Below, piece after piece: positions 23,761-36,585 of a stretch of DNA of 64,000 bases. Origin of the DNA: Macrostomum lignano (taxonomy: Eukaryota). The notes under the pieces were generated by a model. It was given only the letters and a program-made list of their open reading frames with translations. It searched no databases and was not told the origin of the DNA. Location of the stretch: NCBI GenBank assembly GCA_002269645.1, contig NIVC01001482.1, positions 186,001 through 250,000 of the forward strand. The letters run 5' to 3'. Both the position numbers and the translations under genes were made by a program. How positions within the stretch are numbered: the first letter of the stretch is position 1; each line of letters begins with the position of its first letter.

Positions 23761-25219
23761 AAATATTTATTATTTATAATTTTATTAGCTAGTACAGATA
23801 AAGTAATCTATAGAGTTTTCTGTAAGATTAAGAGTTCTGATTTAATGGATACGGCATTACAATGTTATCAGACTGAATAAAATGCCCTTAAATAATTAGC
23901 AACTAATAACAACCGATCATTTCAGATTGCGAGCAGCCAACCAATAGACAGACAGTCAGCTGAGTTGAGCTGAGTTGAACAACGGACTCTCAATGCCCCG
24001 CAACTTTTTAATTGAATTACCAATTAAAACCCCCATCCCCTTGTTGATTGACGCTTGTTCGCTTCGAACCAAATTAAAGCTCTCTTAGGCTCTCGTTGCG
24101 AGAAGATTCGTTTTTAAGTAATAATTGTTTCCGTACTTGCGTAATGTGTTGCTTTCTTTTGTAGCTCGTATGCCTATCAATTCTTCGTAATAAGCATAGA
24201 TAATATATAACTTAGATTGTTAGTCACTCTCTTGAGAGTTACTACTCTCAGGTCAGTAGTAGAATTTGCGTGTGCAAAGATAAGTTCTCATCGGTGCGTT
24301 AAATTAAATTGGAAAGAGAAAAAACTATGTATTTGTACATGAGTTTTTTGAATGACTGGGGTCTAGACACCATCCGCTGATGCAAATCTGGCTGAAATTA
24401 ACTATTTCGTTGAGTTTGTACTACTTACATCTGGACCTAAGAGTAGTGCATCAATTAAATTTGGTGAAGTGACAAATCTAGGCATATATATTATCTGTGC
24501 TAATAAGTAATGAATATTTTTCTATGCAGTTTTCTTATTGTTTTAAATTCAACTTTTTCCCAGGCCTTGTAGGGCCGGATTCTGAAACCCTCGCTACGAA
24601 GCTAAAAGAGGTTTATTGTTTTTGTTCTTTCTTTTAGTTGCAAAATCCCCGTCAACCTACTATTAGTAATAAAAGAGATTCCAAATATCAGTAAACTTTA
24701 TAAAATAGCGCGCACCTAGCCTACTTGAAGTAGGATTGTGGAAATGTTTCTATTGTCAAACAAACTCTACAGTAGTTTATTTATTATTAATTAATATTGT
24801 TGTCTATCCTCTGCACAAGCACACAGACTTTATTATTTAGGGGTCTATTCTTATAGAAAGATAGTTGTTTTTTATGGTTTAATAGCCGTCTTTACTTTTA
24901 TTAAATGTACTATTACTGCGTTTGATGCTGCAAACCTGTTGTTTAATAACTCCATAAAAATGCTGTTTTAGTAAGGTTATTATATGACTATGCTCCTATT
25001 ATATTACTATAGTCGTATGTGTAGCCAGTGAAAAATTATTTCAAAATAATAATACATTGATGCAACTGGCAACAAGCGGCAAGTTCACTTGCTTTACGCA
25101 AAGTTTAATAATAAATCTGTATTATAATATTATTATTTATTCTGTGAATTGCTACCTGGGTCTTATTAATGTTTCTGCTTTCATTATAGACCTGAGATCT
25201 GACTCTGATTCTTGGAGAG

Positions 25220-26220
25220 AATTGGGTAGGTTGTGAGAGAATTGGGTAGGCTGTGAGAGAATTGGGTAGGTTGTGAGAGAATAGGGTAGTCTGTGAGAGT
25301 ATTGGGTAGGTTGTGAGTGAATTGGGTAGGTTGTGAGAGAATTGGATAGGTTGTGAGAGAATTGGATAAGTTGTGAGAGAATTGGATAGGTTGTGAGAGA
25401 ATTGGATAAGTTGTGAGAGAATTGGATAAATTGTGAGAGAATTGGATAAGTTGTGAGAGAATTGGATAGGTTGTGAGAGAATTGGATAGGTTGTGAGAGA
25501 ATTGGGTAGCCTGTGAGAGTATTGGGTAGGTTGTGAGTGAATTGGATAGGTTGTGAGAGAATTGGATAAGTTGTGAGAGAATTGGATAGGTTGTGAGAGA
25601 ATTGGATAAATTGTGAGAGAATTGGATAATTTGTGAGAGAATTGGATAAGTTGTGAGAGAATTGGATAAGTTGTGAGAGAATTGGATAAGTTGTGAGAGA
25701 ATTGGCTAGGTTGTGGGAGAATTATGTAAGTTGTGAGTGAATTGGGTAGCCTGTGAGAGTATTGGGTAGGCTGTGGGAGAATTATGTGGGTTGTAAGTGA
25801 ATTGGGTAGTCTCTGAGAGTATTGGGTAGGTTGTGAGTGAATTGGGTAGCCTGTGAGAGTATTGGGTAGGTTGTGAGAGAATTGGATAAGTTGTGAGAGA
25901 ATTGGATAGGTTGTGAGAGAATTGGGTAGGTTGTGAGAGAATTGGGTAAGTTGTGAGAGAATTGAGTAGGCTGTGAGAGAATTGGGTAGGTTGTAAGAGA
26001 ATTAGGTAGGCTGTGGGAGAATTGGGTAGGCTGTGAAAGAATTGGGTAGGTTGTGAGAGAATTGGGTAGGCTGTGAGAGAATTGAGTAGGCTGTGGGAGA
26101 ATTGAGTACGCTGTGGTAGAATTGAGTAGGCTATGAGAGAATTGGGTAGCCTGTGAGAGAATCGGGTAGCCTGTGAGGGAATTGGGTAGACTATGACAGA
26201 ATTTGGTAGGTTGTGACGTG
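25220..26220. repeat. 20-bp minisatellite
   Basis: Unit GTGAGAGAATTGG(G/A)TAGGTT. Confidence 0.95.
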
Positions 26221-26718
26221 AAAGAAATGGAAAAAAAGTCGGCTATGAGAGAATTGGTTAGGCTTTGAGCTAACATTGAGGTCTAGACCTCAACAGTTCC
26301 CCATGGCAACAGGTTAGGAACATAAAACAGGTTTGTACTGTATTTTGGACAAAACTTAGCTGAATCGGGCTATTTTGCAGTTTTCTTGGAAATACCGAGG
26401 ACACGAATTCGCGGAAAAAATATCGTATGATTCAGTACCTAATTTTATTATTGGTTAGAATTGTGCATTAACTTTGCTAAGTACAAGTTCTATTTTTAGC
26501 CTTTATTATACATACATACAGACAACTCATTTTTAGTATATAGGATGTACACGCATTACAGTCTTGCACTGTACAATCTTATTACCGTGTTATAACACTC
26601 TTAAAACTGGCTTATATGCCTTGGTTGTGACCAAATTGGATTAGGCTTCGTCTTGGTTTCTGGTTTAATTGGTGTTTGAGCTGGATAAAATAGTTAATTT
26701 TTATCTTCCACACTTGGA

Positions 26719-29700
26719 ATGGAAAATTTGATTCAACTGTTAGTCCGCGGCTTCAAAGGCAACATCATGACTATAGATATTCACAAGGTGAGCTTGCTAG
26801 GCTCTACATGTACTTTTATACTGTTTTTGTCCTTCAGCTGGACCCCTCCTCTCCTTCAGCTGGACCCCCCTCTCCTTCAGCTGGACCCCTTCTCCTTCAG
26901 CTGGACCCCCTCTCCTTCAGCTGGACCCCTCCTCTCCTTCAGCTGGACCCCCCTCTCCTTCAGCTGGACCCCCTCTCCTTCAGCTGGACCCCTCCTCTCC
27001 TTCAGCTGGACCCCCCTCTCCTTCAGCTGGACCCCCTCTCCTTCAGCTGGACCCCCTCTCCTTCAGCTGGACCCTCTCCTTCAGCTGGACCCTCTCCTTC
27101 AGCTGGACCCTCTCACCTTCAGCTGGACCCCCTCTCCTTCAGCTGGACCCCCTCCTCTCCTTCAGCTGGACCCCCTCCTCTCCTTCAGCTGGACCCCCTC
27201 TCCTTCAGCTGAACCCCCTCCTCTCCTTCAGCTGGACCCTCTCACCTTCAGCTGGACCCCCTCTCCTTCAGCTGGACCCCCTCCTCTCCTTCAGCTGGAC
27301 CCCCTCCTCTCCTTCAGCTGGACCCCCTCCTCTCCTTCAGCTGGACCCCCTCTCCTTCAGCTGAACCCCCTCCTCTCCTTCAGCTGGACCCTCTCACCTT
27401 CAGCTGGACCCCCTCTCCTTCAGCTGGACCCCCTCCTCTCCTTCAGCTGGACCCCCTCCTCTCCTTCAGCTGGACCCCCTCTCTTTCAGCTGGACCCCCT
27501 CCTCTCCTTCAGCTGGACCCCCTCCTCTCCTTCAGCTGGACCCCCTCCTCTCCTTCAGCTGGACCCCCTCCTCTCCTTCAGCTGGACCCCCTCTCCTTCA
27601 GCTGGACCCCCTCTCCTTCAGCTGGACCCCCTCCTCTCCTTCAGCTGGACCCCCTCCTCTCCTTCAGCTGGACCCCTCCTCTCCTTCAGCTGGACCCCCT
27701 CTCCTTCAGCTGGACCCCCTCTCCTTCAGCTGGACCCCCTCCTCTCCTTCAGCTGGACCCCCTCCTCTCTTTCAGCTGTAACCCCGTCCTGGCATATTTT
27801 CTAATAAATGAGTACAAGTCGAAATACAAAAGTGCTCAAATCGTTCAATATTCATGATTTAAATTTTAAGCACGCAACATTGGCGAATGGCGCCCCCACA
27901 AGACACCCAACATTGGCGCCCCTAAGGATTGCGGCCCCCCCCCCCCCAAAACAAAATCCTGAGTACGCCACTGCGTCCTGCTACATTCATTTCGATCCAA
28001 TACCGGTACCGCCGGTACGATACATTCCACACCCACCGCGCCGCTCTTGCGCAGGATGCCCAGATCAAGGATCTGTTTCGCAAGCTGGAGGATAAGACAG
28101 GACTCAAGCCGGGTGCCTACCAGATGGTCTACACGAGCAAGACTATCGACTTTGAGCAGCACAAGGACAAGCACCTGACCGAGTTTCACCTGGAGAATCA
28201 CTCCAATCTCTGCATGGTGCTGCGTCTGCACGGCGGATCCAAGGTAAGTTCACTCCGAAGCGAGAGCACTCTCCGACGCCACGTGCCAAAGGGAGAACCC
28301 GGTGGAAGAATCCCGGTGGCAGAATCCCGGTAGGAGAATCCCGTTGGCAGAATCCCTGTGAGAGAATCCCTGTGAAAGAATCCCGGTGGGAGAATCCGGG
28401 TGAAATAATCCCGGTGGGGGAATCCCGGTGGAAGAATCCGGGTGAAATAATCCCGGTGAAATAATCCCGGTGAAAGACTCCCGGTAGGAGAATCCGGGTG
28501 AAAGAATCCCGGTGGGGGAATCCCGGTGGAAGAATCCGGGTGAAATAATCCCGGTGAAATAATCCCGGTGAAAGACTCCCGGTAGGAGAATCCGGGTGAA
28601 AGAATCCCGGTGGGGGAATCCCGGTGGAAGAATCCGGGTGAAATAATCCCGGTGGGGGAATCCCGGTTGAAGAATCCGGGTGAAATAACCCCGGTGGGGG
28701 AATCCCGGTGGGTGAATCCCGGTGGGGGAATCCCGGTGGGTGAATCCCGGTGGCCGAATCCCGGTGGAAGAATCCTGTTGAGAGAAGGTAGAAAAGTTCT
28801 AGCCAGAGAATCTCACGGACCGGGAAAAATTTTGTGCTTACAGGAGCTGGACGACTGCGTTGAGCTCACCGACCTGCCGGACATGATCACCTGGGACGAT
28901 GACAAGGACGGCAAGCGGGCGAAGATGCCCTGCGGCCACGCCATCGGCCCGGACAGCCTCACCAGCTATTGCCACAGTCTGCTGGATACGGGGCGCTACC
29001 GGTTCCTCTGCCCCTGGGTGGACCCCGCCAACGCGGGCGTCGGCTGCCCCGCCGAGTGGGACTTCGTGATCGTGCGACGGCTGGCCGTGCTCACCGACGC
29101 TGAGAAGCGCGAGTTTGAGCGCAAAATCTCTGAGAACTACCTGCGACGGGCGGTCAATATTCAGGTAAGTATTGGCAGAGAAACGCTAGGCCTATAAGGT
29201 ACAAAAACACACAGACAGACAACCAGACACCCAGAAATCCAAATGGACACTAAGACACCCAAATGGACATTAAGACACCCAAATGGACACTAAGACACCC
29301 AGATGGACGCTAAGACATCCAAATGGACACTAAGACACCCAAATGGACCCTAAGACACCCAAATGGACACTAAGACATCCAAATGGACACCAAGACACCC
29401 AAATGGACACTAAGACATCCAAATGGACACTAAGCCATCCAAATGGACACTAAGACACCCAAATGGACACTAAGACATCCAAATGGACACTAAGACACCC
29501 AGATGGACACTAAGCCATCCAAATGGACACTAAGACATCCAAATGGACACTAAGACACCCAGATGGACACTAAGACATCCAAATGGACACTAAGACATCC
29601 AAATGGACACTAAGACACCCAAATGGACACTAAGACACCCACCCAAATGGACACCAAGACACCCAAATGGACACTAAGACACCCAGATGGACACTAAGAC

Positions 29701-31947
29701 ATCCAAATGGACACTAAGACATCCAAATGGACACTAAGACACCCAAATGGACACTAAGACACCCACCCAAATGGACACCAAGACACCCAAATGGACACTA
29801 AGACATCCAAATGGACACTAAGCCATCCAAATGGACACTAAGACACCCAAATGGACACTAAGACATCCAAATGGACACTAAGACACCCAGATGGACACTA
29901 AGCCATCCAAATGGACACTAAGACATCCAAATGGACACTAAGACACCCAGATGGACACTAAGACATCCAAATGGACACTAAGACATCCAAATGGACACTA
30001 AGACACCCAGATGGACACTAAGACATCCAAATGGACACTAAGACACCCAGATGGACACTAAGACATCCAAATGGACACTAAGACATCCAAATGGACACTA
30101 AGACACCCAGATGGACACTAAGACATCCAAATGGACACTAAGACACCCAGATGGACACTAAGACATCCAAATGGACACTAAGACACCCAAATGGACCCTA
30201 AGACACCCAAATGGACACTAAGACATCCAAATGGACACCAAGACACCCAAATGGACACTAAGACATCCAAATGGACACTAAGCCATCCAAATGGACACTA
30301 AGACACCCAAATGGACACTAAGACATCCAAATGGACACTAAGACACCCAGATGGACACTAAGCCATCCAAATGGACACTAAGACATCCAAATGGACACTA
30401 AGACACCCAGATGGACACTAAGACATTCAAATGGACACTAAGACATCCAAATGGACACTAAGACACCCAAATGGACACTAAGACACCCACCCAAATGGAC
30501 ACCAAGACACCCAAATGGACACTAAGACATCCAAATGGACACTAAGCCATCCAAATGGACACTAAGACACCCAAATGGACACTAAGACACCCAGATGGAC
30601 ACTAAGACATCCAAATGGACACTAAGACACCCAGATGGACACTAAGACATCCAAATGGACACTAAGACATCCAAATGGACACTAAGACACCCAGATGGAC
30701 ACTAAGACATCCAAATGGACACTAAGACACCCAGATGGACACTAAGACATCCAAATGGACACTAAGACACCCAGATGGACACTAAGACATCCAAATGGAC
30801 ACTAAGACATCCAAATAGATGGGCACTAAGGCATTCAGACAGATGGACACTGAGACACCCAGAAAGACAGATGGACACTGAGACACCCAGAAAGACAGAT
30901 GGACACTGAGACACCCAGAAAGACAGATGGACACTGAGACACCCAGAAAGACAGATGGACACTGAGACACCCAGAAAGACAGATGGACACTGAGACACCC
31001 AGAAAGACAGATGGACACTGAGACACCCAGAAAGACAGATGGACACTGAGACACCCAGAAAGACAGATGGACACTGAGACACCCAGAAAGACAGATGGAC
31101 ACTGAGACACCCAGAAAGACAGATGGACACTGAGACACCCAGAAAGACAGATGGACACTGAGACACCCAGAAAGACAGATGGACACTGAGACACCCAGAA
31201 AGACAGATGGACACTGAGACACCCAGAAAGACAGATGGACACTGAGACACCCAGAAAGACAGATGGACACTGAGACACCCAGAAAGACAGATGGACACTG
31301 AGACACCCAGAAAGACAGATGGACACCCGGACAGACAGATAGCCACTAACACATTCAGACTCGCTCTCAACCCCGCAGGAGTGCCCAGGCTGCAGGTCGT
31401 TCTGCCAGCGCCGCAGCGCTCGCGATCGCAGAATGATCTGTCCGGTGTGCTCGGAGCCGGACAAGGGGCGGCTGTTCGAGTTCTGCTGGTACTGCTTGAA
31501 CAAGTGGCGCACCCCGGGAACGACCAAGTGCGGCAACGACATCTGCTCGGGCAAGGACCCTCGGATCGCCATTCTGGCCGCGGCGAAGGTCAAGACGATC
31601 GTCGGCGTGCCCGGTAGGTCACCGAGGCAATTAGCAATTCTTTATAAACCTAAACCTGTGCCATTCGAAATTCTCATGGAATAACAACAGACTCGTTAAA
31701 GTAGCGTTAAAGTGCAATTTTTATAACCATAATCTCGTCTCCAGACGTGCCCGGCCGCCGCGCCTGCATCAAGTGCGGCATGATCATTGAGCACGTGACC
31801 GCCTGCAAGCACATGAAGTGCGTCTGCGACCAAGAGTTCTGCTTCATCTGCTTGAAGCCGAAGAACGACAGGGGCAACTGGCAGTGCGGCAGCTACAGGG
31901 AGCCGTGCGCTGTGGCGCCGAGGCAAACCGAGGTGCCCGGGGAGTGA
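26719..31947 (+). CDS. Ubiquitin-like domain + RBR (RING1-IBR-RING2) E3 ligase, paralog 1 (about 338 aa)
   Basis: Exons 26719-26787, 28055-28243, 28844-29164, 31379-31613, 31745-31947 splice in frame. Ubl MENLIQLLVRGFKGNIMTIDIHK..VLRLHGG; partial RING1 MPCGHAI..FLCP; IBR ECPGC..CPVC..FCWYC; RING2 CIKCG..ACKHMKCVCDQEFCFIC. AATAAA at 31983. Confidence 0.9.
26830..27785. repeat. 19-22 bp minisatellite in RBR1 intron 1
   Basis: Unit CCTTCAGCTGGACCCC(CTC)TCT. Confidence 0.95.
27800..27972 (-). mobile_element. One terminus of a CAGTGGCGTA-type MITE adjoining the minisatellite
   Basis: Minus strand reads CAGTGGCGTACTCAGGATTTT...poly-G, the same architecture as the ends at 1221 and 61474; the other terminus was not found. 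Confidence 0.55.
28295..28780. repeat. ATCCCGGTG-based minisatellite in RBR1 intron 2
   Basis: Repeated GAATCCCGGTG / AATCCGGGTG units. Confidence 0.92.
29205..31335. repeat. Compound minisatellite in RBR1 intron 3: 20-bp units switching to related 28-bp units near 30840
   Basis: AAATGGACACTAAGACA(C/T)CC, then AGATGGACACTGAGACACCCAGAAAGAC. Confidence 0.96.
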
Positions 31948-32014
31948 GGCGCATCTCTGCTGGCGTGACTGATGCGGCGGAGAATAAAGACTTTGAGATG
32001 GAACACTTGATGGA

Positions 32015-35000
32015 GCTGGTGATGGGAGATCTGTATGAGATTGAGGATCTGTGGGAGATGGGAGCTGAGATTGGGGATCTGTGGGAGATGGGGGCTGAGA
32101 TTGGGGATCTGTGGGAGATGGGAGCTGAGATTGGGGAACTGTGGGAGATGGGGGCTGAGATTGGGGATCTGTGGGAGATGGGGGCTGAGATTGGGGATCT
32201 GTGGGAGATGGGAGTTGAGATTGGGGATCTGTGGGAGATGGGGGCTGAGATTGGGGAACTGTGGGAGATGGGGGCTGAGATTGGAGATCTGTGGGAGATG
32301 GGGGCTGAGATTGGGGATCTGTGGGAGATGGGAGTTGAGATTGGGGATCTGTGGGAGATGGGGGCTGAGATTGGGGATCTGTGGGAGATGGGAGCTGAGA
32401 TTGGGGATCTGTGGGAGATGGGGGCTGAGATTGGGGATCTGTGGGAGATGGGGGCTGAGATTGGGGATCTGTGGGAGATGGGGGCTGAGATTGGGGATCT
32501 GTGGGAGATGGGGGCTGAGATTGGGGATCTGTGGGAGATGGGAGCTGAGATTGGGGATCTGTGGGAGATGGGGGCTGAGATTGGGGATCTGTGGGAGATG
32601 GGGGCTGAGATTGGGGATCTGTGGGAGATGGGGGCTGAGATTGGGGATCTGTGGGAGATGGGGGCTGAGATTGGAGATCTGTGGGAAATGGGAGCTGAGA
32701 TTGGGGATCTGTGGGAGATGGGGGCTGAGATTGGGGATCTGTGGGAGATGGGAGCTGAGATTGGGGATCTGTGGGAGATGGGAGCTGAGATTGGGGATCT
32801 GTGGGAGATGGGAGCTGAGATTGGGGATCTGTGGGAGATGGGGGCTGAGATTGGGGATCTGTGGGAGATGGGGGCTAGGATTGGGGATCTGTGGGAGATG
32901 GGGGCTGAGATTGGGGATCTGTGGGAGATGGGGGCTGAGATTGGGGATCTGTGGGAGATGGGAGCTGAGATTGGGGATCTGTGGGAGATGGGGGCTGAGA
33001 TTGGGGATCTGTGGGAGATGGGGGCTGAGATTGGGGATCTGTGGGAGATGGGGGCTGAGATTGGGGATCTGTGGGAGATGGGAGCTGAGATTGGGGATCT
33101 GTGGGAGATGGGGGCTGAGATTGGGGATCTGTGGGAGATGGGGGCTAGGATTGGGGATCTGTGGGAGATGGGGGCTGAGATTGGGGATCTGTGGGAGATG
33201 GGAGCTGAGATTGGGGAACTGTGGGAGATGGGGGCTGAGATTGGGGATCTGTGGGAGATGGGGGCTGAGATTGGGGATCTGTGGGAGATGGGGGCTGAGA
33301 TTGGGGATCTGTGGGAGATGGGAGTTGAGATTGGGGATCTGTGGGAGATGGGGGCTGAGATTGGGGATCTGTGGGAGATGGGAGCTGAGATTGGGGATCT
33401 GTGGGAGATGGGGGCTGAGATTGGGGATCTGTGGGAGATGGGGGCTGAGATTGGGGATCTGTGGGAGATGGGGGCTGAGATTGGGGATCTGTGGGAGATG
33501 GGGGCTGAGATTGGGGATCTGTGGGAGATGGGGGCTGAGATTGGGGATCTGTGGGAGATGGGGGCTGAGATTGGGGATCTGTGGGAGATGGGAGCTGAGA
33601 TTGGGGATCTGTGGGAGATGGGGGCTGAGATTGGGGATCTGTGGGAGATGGGGGCTGAGATTGGGGATCTGTGAAAGATGGGGGCTGAGATTGGGGATCT
33701 GTGGGAGATGGGGGCTGAGATTGGGGATCTGTGGGAGATGGGGGCTGAGATTGGGGATCTGTGGGAGATGGGGGCTGAGATTGGGGATCTGTGGGAGATG
33801 GGGGCTGAGATTGGGGATCTGTGGGAGATGGGGGCTGAGATTGGGGATCTGTGGGAGATGGGGGCTGAGATTGGGGATCTGTGGGAGATGGGGGCTGAGA
33901 TTGGGGATCTGTGGGAGATGGGAGCTGAGATTGGGGATCTGTGGGAGATGGGGGCTGAGATTGGGGATCTGTGGGAGATGGGGGCTGAGATTGGGGATCT
34001 GTGGGAGATGGGGGCTGAGATTGGGGATCTGTGGGAGATGAGGGCTGAGATTGGGGATCTGTGGGAGATGAGGGCTGAGATTGGGGATCTGTGGGAGATG
34101 GGAGCTGAGATTGGGGATCTGTGGGAGATGGGGGCTGAGATTGGGGATCTGTGGGAGATGGGGGCTGAGATTGGGGATCTGTGGGAGATGGGAGCTGAGA
34201 TTGGGGATCTGTGGGAGATGGGGGCTGAGATTGGGGATCTGTGGGAGATGGGGGCTGAGATTGGGGATCTGTGGGAGATGGGGGCTGAGATTGGGGATCT
34301 GTGGGAGATGGGAGCTGAGATTGGGGATCTGTGGGAGATGGGGGCTGAGATTGGGGATCTGTGGGAGATGGGGGCTGAGATTGGGGATCTGTGGGAGATG
34401 GGGGCTGAGATTGGGGATCTGTGGGAGATGGGGGCTGAGATTGGGGATCTGTGGGAGATGGGGGCTGAGATTGGGGATCTGTGGGAGATGGGGGCTGAGA
34501 TTGGGGATCTGTGGGAGATGGGGGCTGAGATTGGGGATCTGTGGGAGATGGGGGCTGAGATTGGGGATCTGTGGGAGATGGGGGCTAGGATTGGAGATCT
34601 GTGGGAAATGGGAGCTGAGATTGGGGATCTGTGGGAGATGGGGGCTGAGATTGGGGATCTGTGGGAGATGGGAGCTGAGATTGGGGATCTGTGGGAGATG
34701 GGGGCTGAGATTGGGGATCTGTGGGAGATGGGAGTTGAGATTGGGGATCTGTGGGAGATGGGGGCTGAGATTGGGGATCTGTGGGAGATGGGAGCTGAGA
34801 TTGGGGATCTGTGGGAGATGGGGGCTGAGATTGGGGATCTGTGGGAGATGGGGGCTAGGATTGGGGATCTGTGGGAGATGGGGGCTGAGATTGGGGATCT
34901 GTGGGAGATGGGGGCTGAGATTGGGGATCTGTGGGAGATGGGAGCTGAGATTGGGGATCTGTGGGAGATGGGGGCTGAGATTGGGGATCTGTGGGAGATG

Positions 35001-35790
35001 GGGGCTGAGATTGGGGATCTGTGGGAGATGGGGGCTGAGATTGGAGATCTGTGGGAAATGGGAGCTGAGATTGGGGATCTGTGGGAGATGGGGGCTGAGA
35101 TTGGGGATCTGTGGGAGATGGGAGCTGAGATTGGGGATCTGTGGGAGATGGGGGCTGAGATTGGGGATCTGTGGGAGATGGGAGCTGAGATTGGGGAACT
35201 GTGGGAGATGGGGGCTGAGATTGGGGATCTGTGGGAGATGGGGGCTGAGATTGGGGATCTGTGGGAGATGGGGGCTGAGATTGGGGATCTGTGGGAGATG
35301 AGGGCTGAGATTGGGGATCTGTGGGAGATGGGGGCTGAGATTGGGGATCTGTGGGAGATGGGGGCTGAGATTGGAGATCTGTGGGAGATGGGGGCTGAGA
35401 TTGGGGATCTGTGGGAGATGGGGGCTGAGATTGGGGATCTGTGGGAGATGGGGGCTGAGATTGGGGATCTGTGGGAGATGGGGGCTGAGATTGGGGATCT
35501 GTGGGAGATGGGAGCTGAGATTGGGGATCTGTGGGAGATGGGGGCTGAGATTGGGGATCTGTGGGAGATGGGGGCTGAGATTGGGGATCTGTGGGAGATG
35601 GGGGCTGAGATTGGGGATCTGTGGGAGATGGGGGCTGAGATTGGGGATCTGTGGGAGATGGGGCTGAGATTGGGGATCTGTGGGAGATGGGGGCTGAGAT
35701 TGGGGATCTGTGGGAGATGGGGGCTGAGATTGGGGATCTGTGGGAGATGGGGGCTGAGATTGGGGATCTGTGGGAGATGGGGGCTGGTGA
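32015..35790. repeat. 30-bp G-rich minisatellite, about 125 copies
   Basis: Unit GAGATTGGGGATCTGTGGGAGATGGGGGCT, beginning just after the RBR1 polyA signal. Confidence 0.98.
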
Positions 35791-36585
35791 TGGCAAATCA
35801 TCGAGTAAATTTTTTTTCAGTAAAAATCACCCAAGTAAAAATCAATATATATATATATTTTTTATTAGTTTTGAAGTGTTACGGTTGTACATGTGTGACC
35901 CGTGTGTTTTTAATTTTTTAGTTGACTGTTTGATGTGACTTTAAGTAATTGCATCTGCTCGTACTTGCGTATTTGAATTTTACTATTTATATTCCGGTGC
36001 ATCAAGAGACAAAGCGATAAATAAATTAAACTGTAACCGTCTTTAATTCCATTAAAATTCGCGTTTTAGTTCGAGTCGAAATTTGCTCTCAAAAAGGAAA
36101 CTTTGAGTTAGTCATTTTTTCAAATCATCTGTTAAGCAGAACTGGTCGCGGTTAGTACGCAGTTGATATGCTTATATTTAAGGTGGGTTGCTCAGTGGTC
36201 CCGGGTTCGATTCGTTGTGACCCCACTGCAGCGGAGGGCAGCAGATCTGAACTGCGATAGAAATTCAGGGAAAGAGAGCTGCGTTGCCCCACATCGCCAG
36301 TGCTGTACAATCGTTGTACCTACATCCGTGATTGTAGTGGCTCTTAAAGTGTACATCCTAGCTTGTTGTGTTTGAGCTATGGAGCTACGAACAGTCTTAT
36401 TTGATAATGGAATGTACATTAGCAGTAGCAGACAGATGGTACCTAGTAACAGGCCAGAAAACTGTGCAAAGAAAGGCATTTATACCGAGAAAGCTAGGAC
36501 CCAGGCTTTTAGTTGAGTCAAACTGGCAATCTGAGTTAATACATGTAAGTTTTCCTTTGACTTGTACTTGATAAGCTTGGTAAAA

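Noticed and set aside
26380-26670. STAT-like TTCTTGGAA and ISRE-like GGTTTCTGGTTT motifs upstream of RBR1
   Set aside because: Short motifs expected by chance; not clearly conserved upstream of RBR2.
31818-35938. Very long ORFs (up to 1302 aa) with GAEIGDLWEM / PHLPQIPNLS repeats
   Set aside because: They are translations of a 30-bp minisatellite downstream of the RBR1 stop and polyA signal, open in several frames on both strands.
36181-36215. tRNA or SINE-like A/B boxes (TTGCTCAGTGG ... GGTTCGATTC)
   Set aside because: The boxes are only a few nt apart and no cloverleaf, tail or TSD is evident; at most a degraded SINE fragment.
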